From IMG/VR virus record IMGVR_UViG_3300032249_000373, positions 1 to 24,260 of that record: 24,260 bases of DNA, one strand, 5' to 3'. Positions 23,314-24,260 of the stretch are shown piece after piece. The notes under the pieces were generated by a model that did no database searches, was not told the DNA's origin, and saw only the letters and a program-made list of their open reading frames with translations. Position 1 is the first letter of the stretch. Each line of letters begins with the position of its first letter. Position numbers and translations under genes: made by a program. Source of the stretch: a virus.

Positions 23314-23355
23314 AAACTGATATAATATGATCATACACCACTGGAGGAGTAAATA

Positions 23356-24260
23356 ATGGCAACAAGAATGCAACAGCGTAGAGGTACCGCATCACAGTGG
23401 GTTTCCTCTAATAGCGGTAATGGTCCAATCCTAAATGCTGGAGAAATCGGCTGGGAATCAGACACGAATAAATTTAAAGTTGGAGATGGAGTTTCCTACT
23501 GGCTAGACCTAGACTACTTTGCCGACATTAACTCAACAGTTAACCCAGCATTTGGTTCAAGCATTACATTTGAAGGTTCTACAGCAAATGATTATGAGAC
23601 AGTCCTTGCAGTAACAGATCCAACGGCTGATCGTACAATTACACTTCCAAACGTAACAGGAACAGTTATTACAACTGGAAACCTTTCAGACATTACAAAT
23701 ATTGGAGTATTTACTTCAACTATTACAATGGAAGGATCTACAGCAAATGACTTTGAACTTACACTATCTTCTGGAGATCCAACTGCTGACCGTACTATAA
23801 CATTCCCAGATGAAACTGGAACAGTTCAACTTAGAGTTACAGATGTATCTGATACAGAAATTGGCTACCTAAATGGTGTTACTTCTGCTATTCAAACACA
23901 GATGGATACTAAGGCTCCACTTGCTTCTCCAACATTTACAGGTACAGTAACAATTCCAGCAGGTGCAAGCATTTCAGGTTTTGCACCACTTGCAGCACCT
24001 GCACTAACTGGAGATGCAACAGCCGTTAACCTAACAATATCTGGAAACCTAACCGTAAATGGAACTACAACAAACATTAACTCAACCAACCTAGTTGTTG
24101 AAGATAAGAACATTGTTCTTGCTGATGTTGATACACCTACAGATACAACTGCTGATGGTGGCGGTATCACATTAAAGGGTACAACAGATAAGACACTTAA
24201 CTGGGTAGATGCTACAGATGCTTGGACTTCATCAGAAGACTTCAATCTATTAACTGGTAA
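23356..24260 (+). CDS. Tail-fibre protein with Mtd_N-like N-terminal domain (truncated by window end)
   Basis: MATRMQQRRGTASQW...PILNAGEIGWESDTNKFKVGDG; GGAGGAG RBS; frame open to the window end. Confidence 0.9.
   Translation, partial: MATRMQQRRGTASQWVSSNSGNGPILNAGEIGWESDTNKFKVGDGVSYWLDLDYFADINSTVNPAFGSSITFEGSTANDYETVLAVTDPTADRTITLPNVTGTVITTGNLSDITNIGVFTSTITMEGSTANDFELTLSSGDPTADRTITFPDETGTVQLRVTDVSDTEIGYLNGVTSAIQTQMDTKAPLASPTFTGTVTIPAGASISGFAPLAAPALTGDATAVNLTISGNLTVNGTTTNINSTNLVVEDKNIVLADVDTPTDTTADGGGITLKGTTDKTLNWVDATDAWTSSEDFNLLTG

Noticed and set aside
21086-24245. Long minus-strand ORFs (21086, 21641, 23892)
   Set aside because: Antisense shadows of Thr/Ala-biased fibre genes; no RBS or promoter
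23356-24260. Diversity-generating retroelement suggested by the Mtd_N domain
   Set aside because: No reverse transcriptase or adenine-variable TR/VR pair in the window; Mtd_N is a common fibre anchor

Overview
Segment of a large, AT-rich tailed phage genome, most likely infecting freshwater Actinobacteria (inferred from leaderless mRNAs, gp88- and DUF2746-like genes and actinobacterial-type regulator boxes). The window has two halves. (1) 1-8260 looks like an early/host-takeover region: about 30 mostly tiny, mainly minus-strand ORFs (DUF932, gp88-like, Cys-rich miniproteins, ~20-aa membrane peptides) plus tRNA-Asp, arranged in short transcription units. The intergenic modules are highly stereotyped. 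They contain five copies of a covarying H-type RNA pseudoknot after stop codons, eight TGTCAG-N10-TANNNT promoters, nine CRP/GlxR-type sites in rough helical phase, five perfect DnaA boxes, and recurrent GACACGCCCGA and TTTTCGA motifs. (2) 8450-24260 is a virion/late region with TGnTATAAT promoters. It holds tail-fibre and adaptor modules (collagen, FN3/Gly-rich, Phage_fiber_2, Mtd_N), two glycosyltransferases, four DUF6065-like paralogs, a secreted lytic transglycosylase, an AT-rich putative origin and a candidate C-rich-loop sRNA. All family calls are from motif recognition by eye, not database searches.
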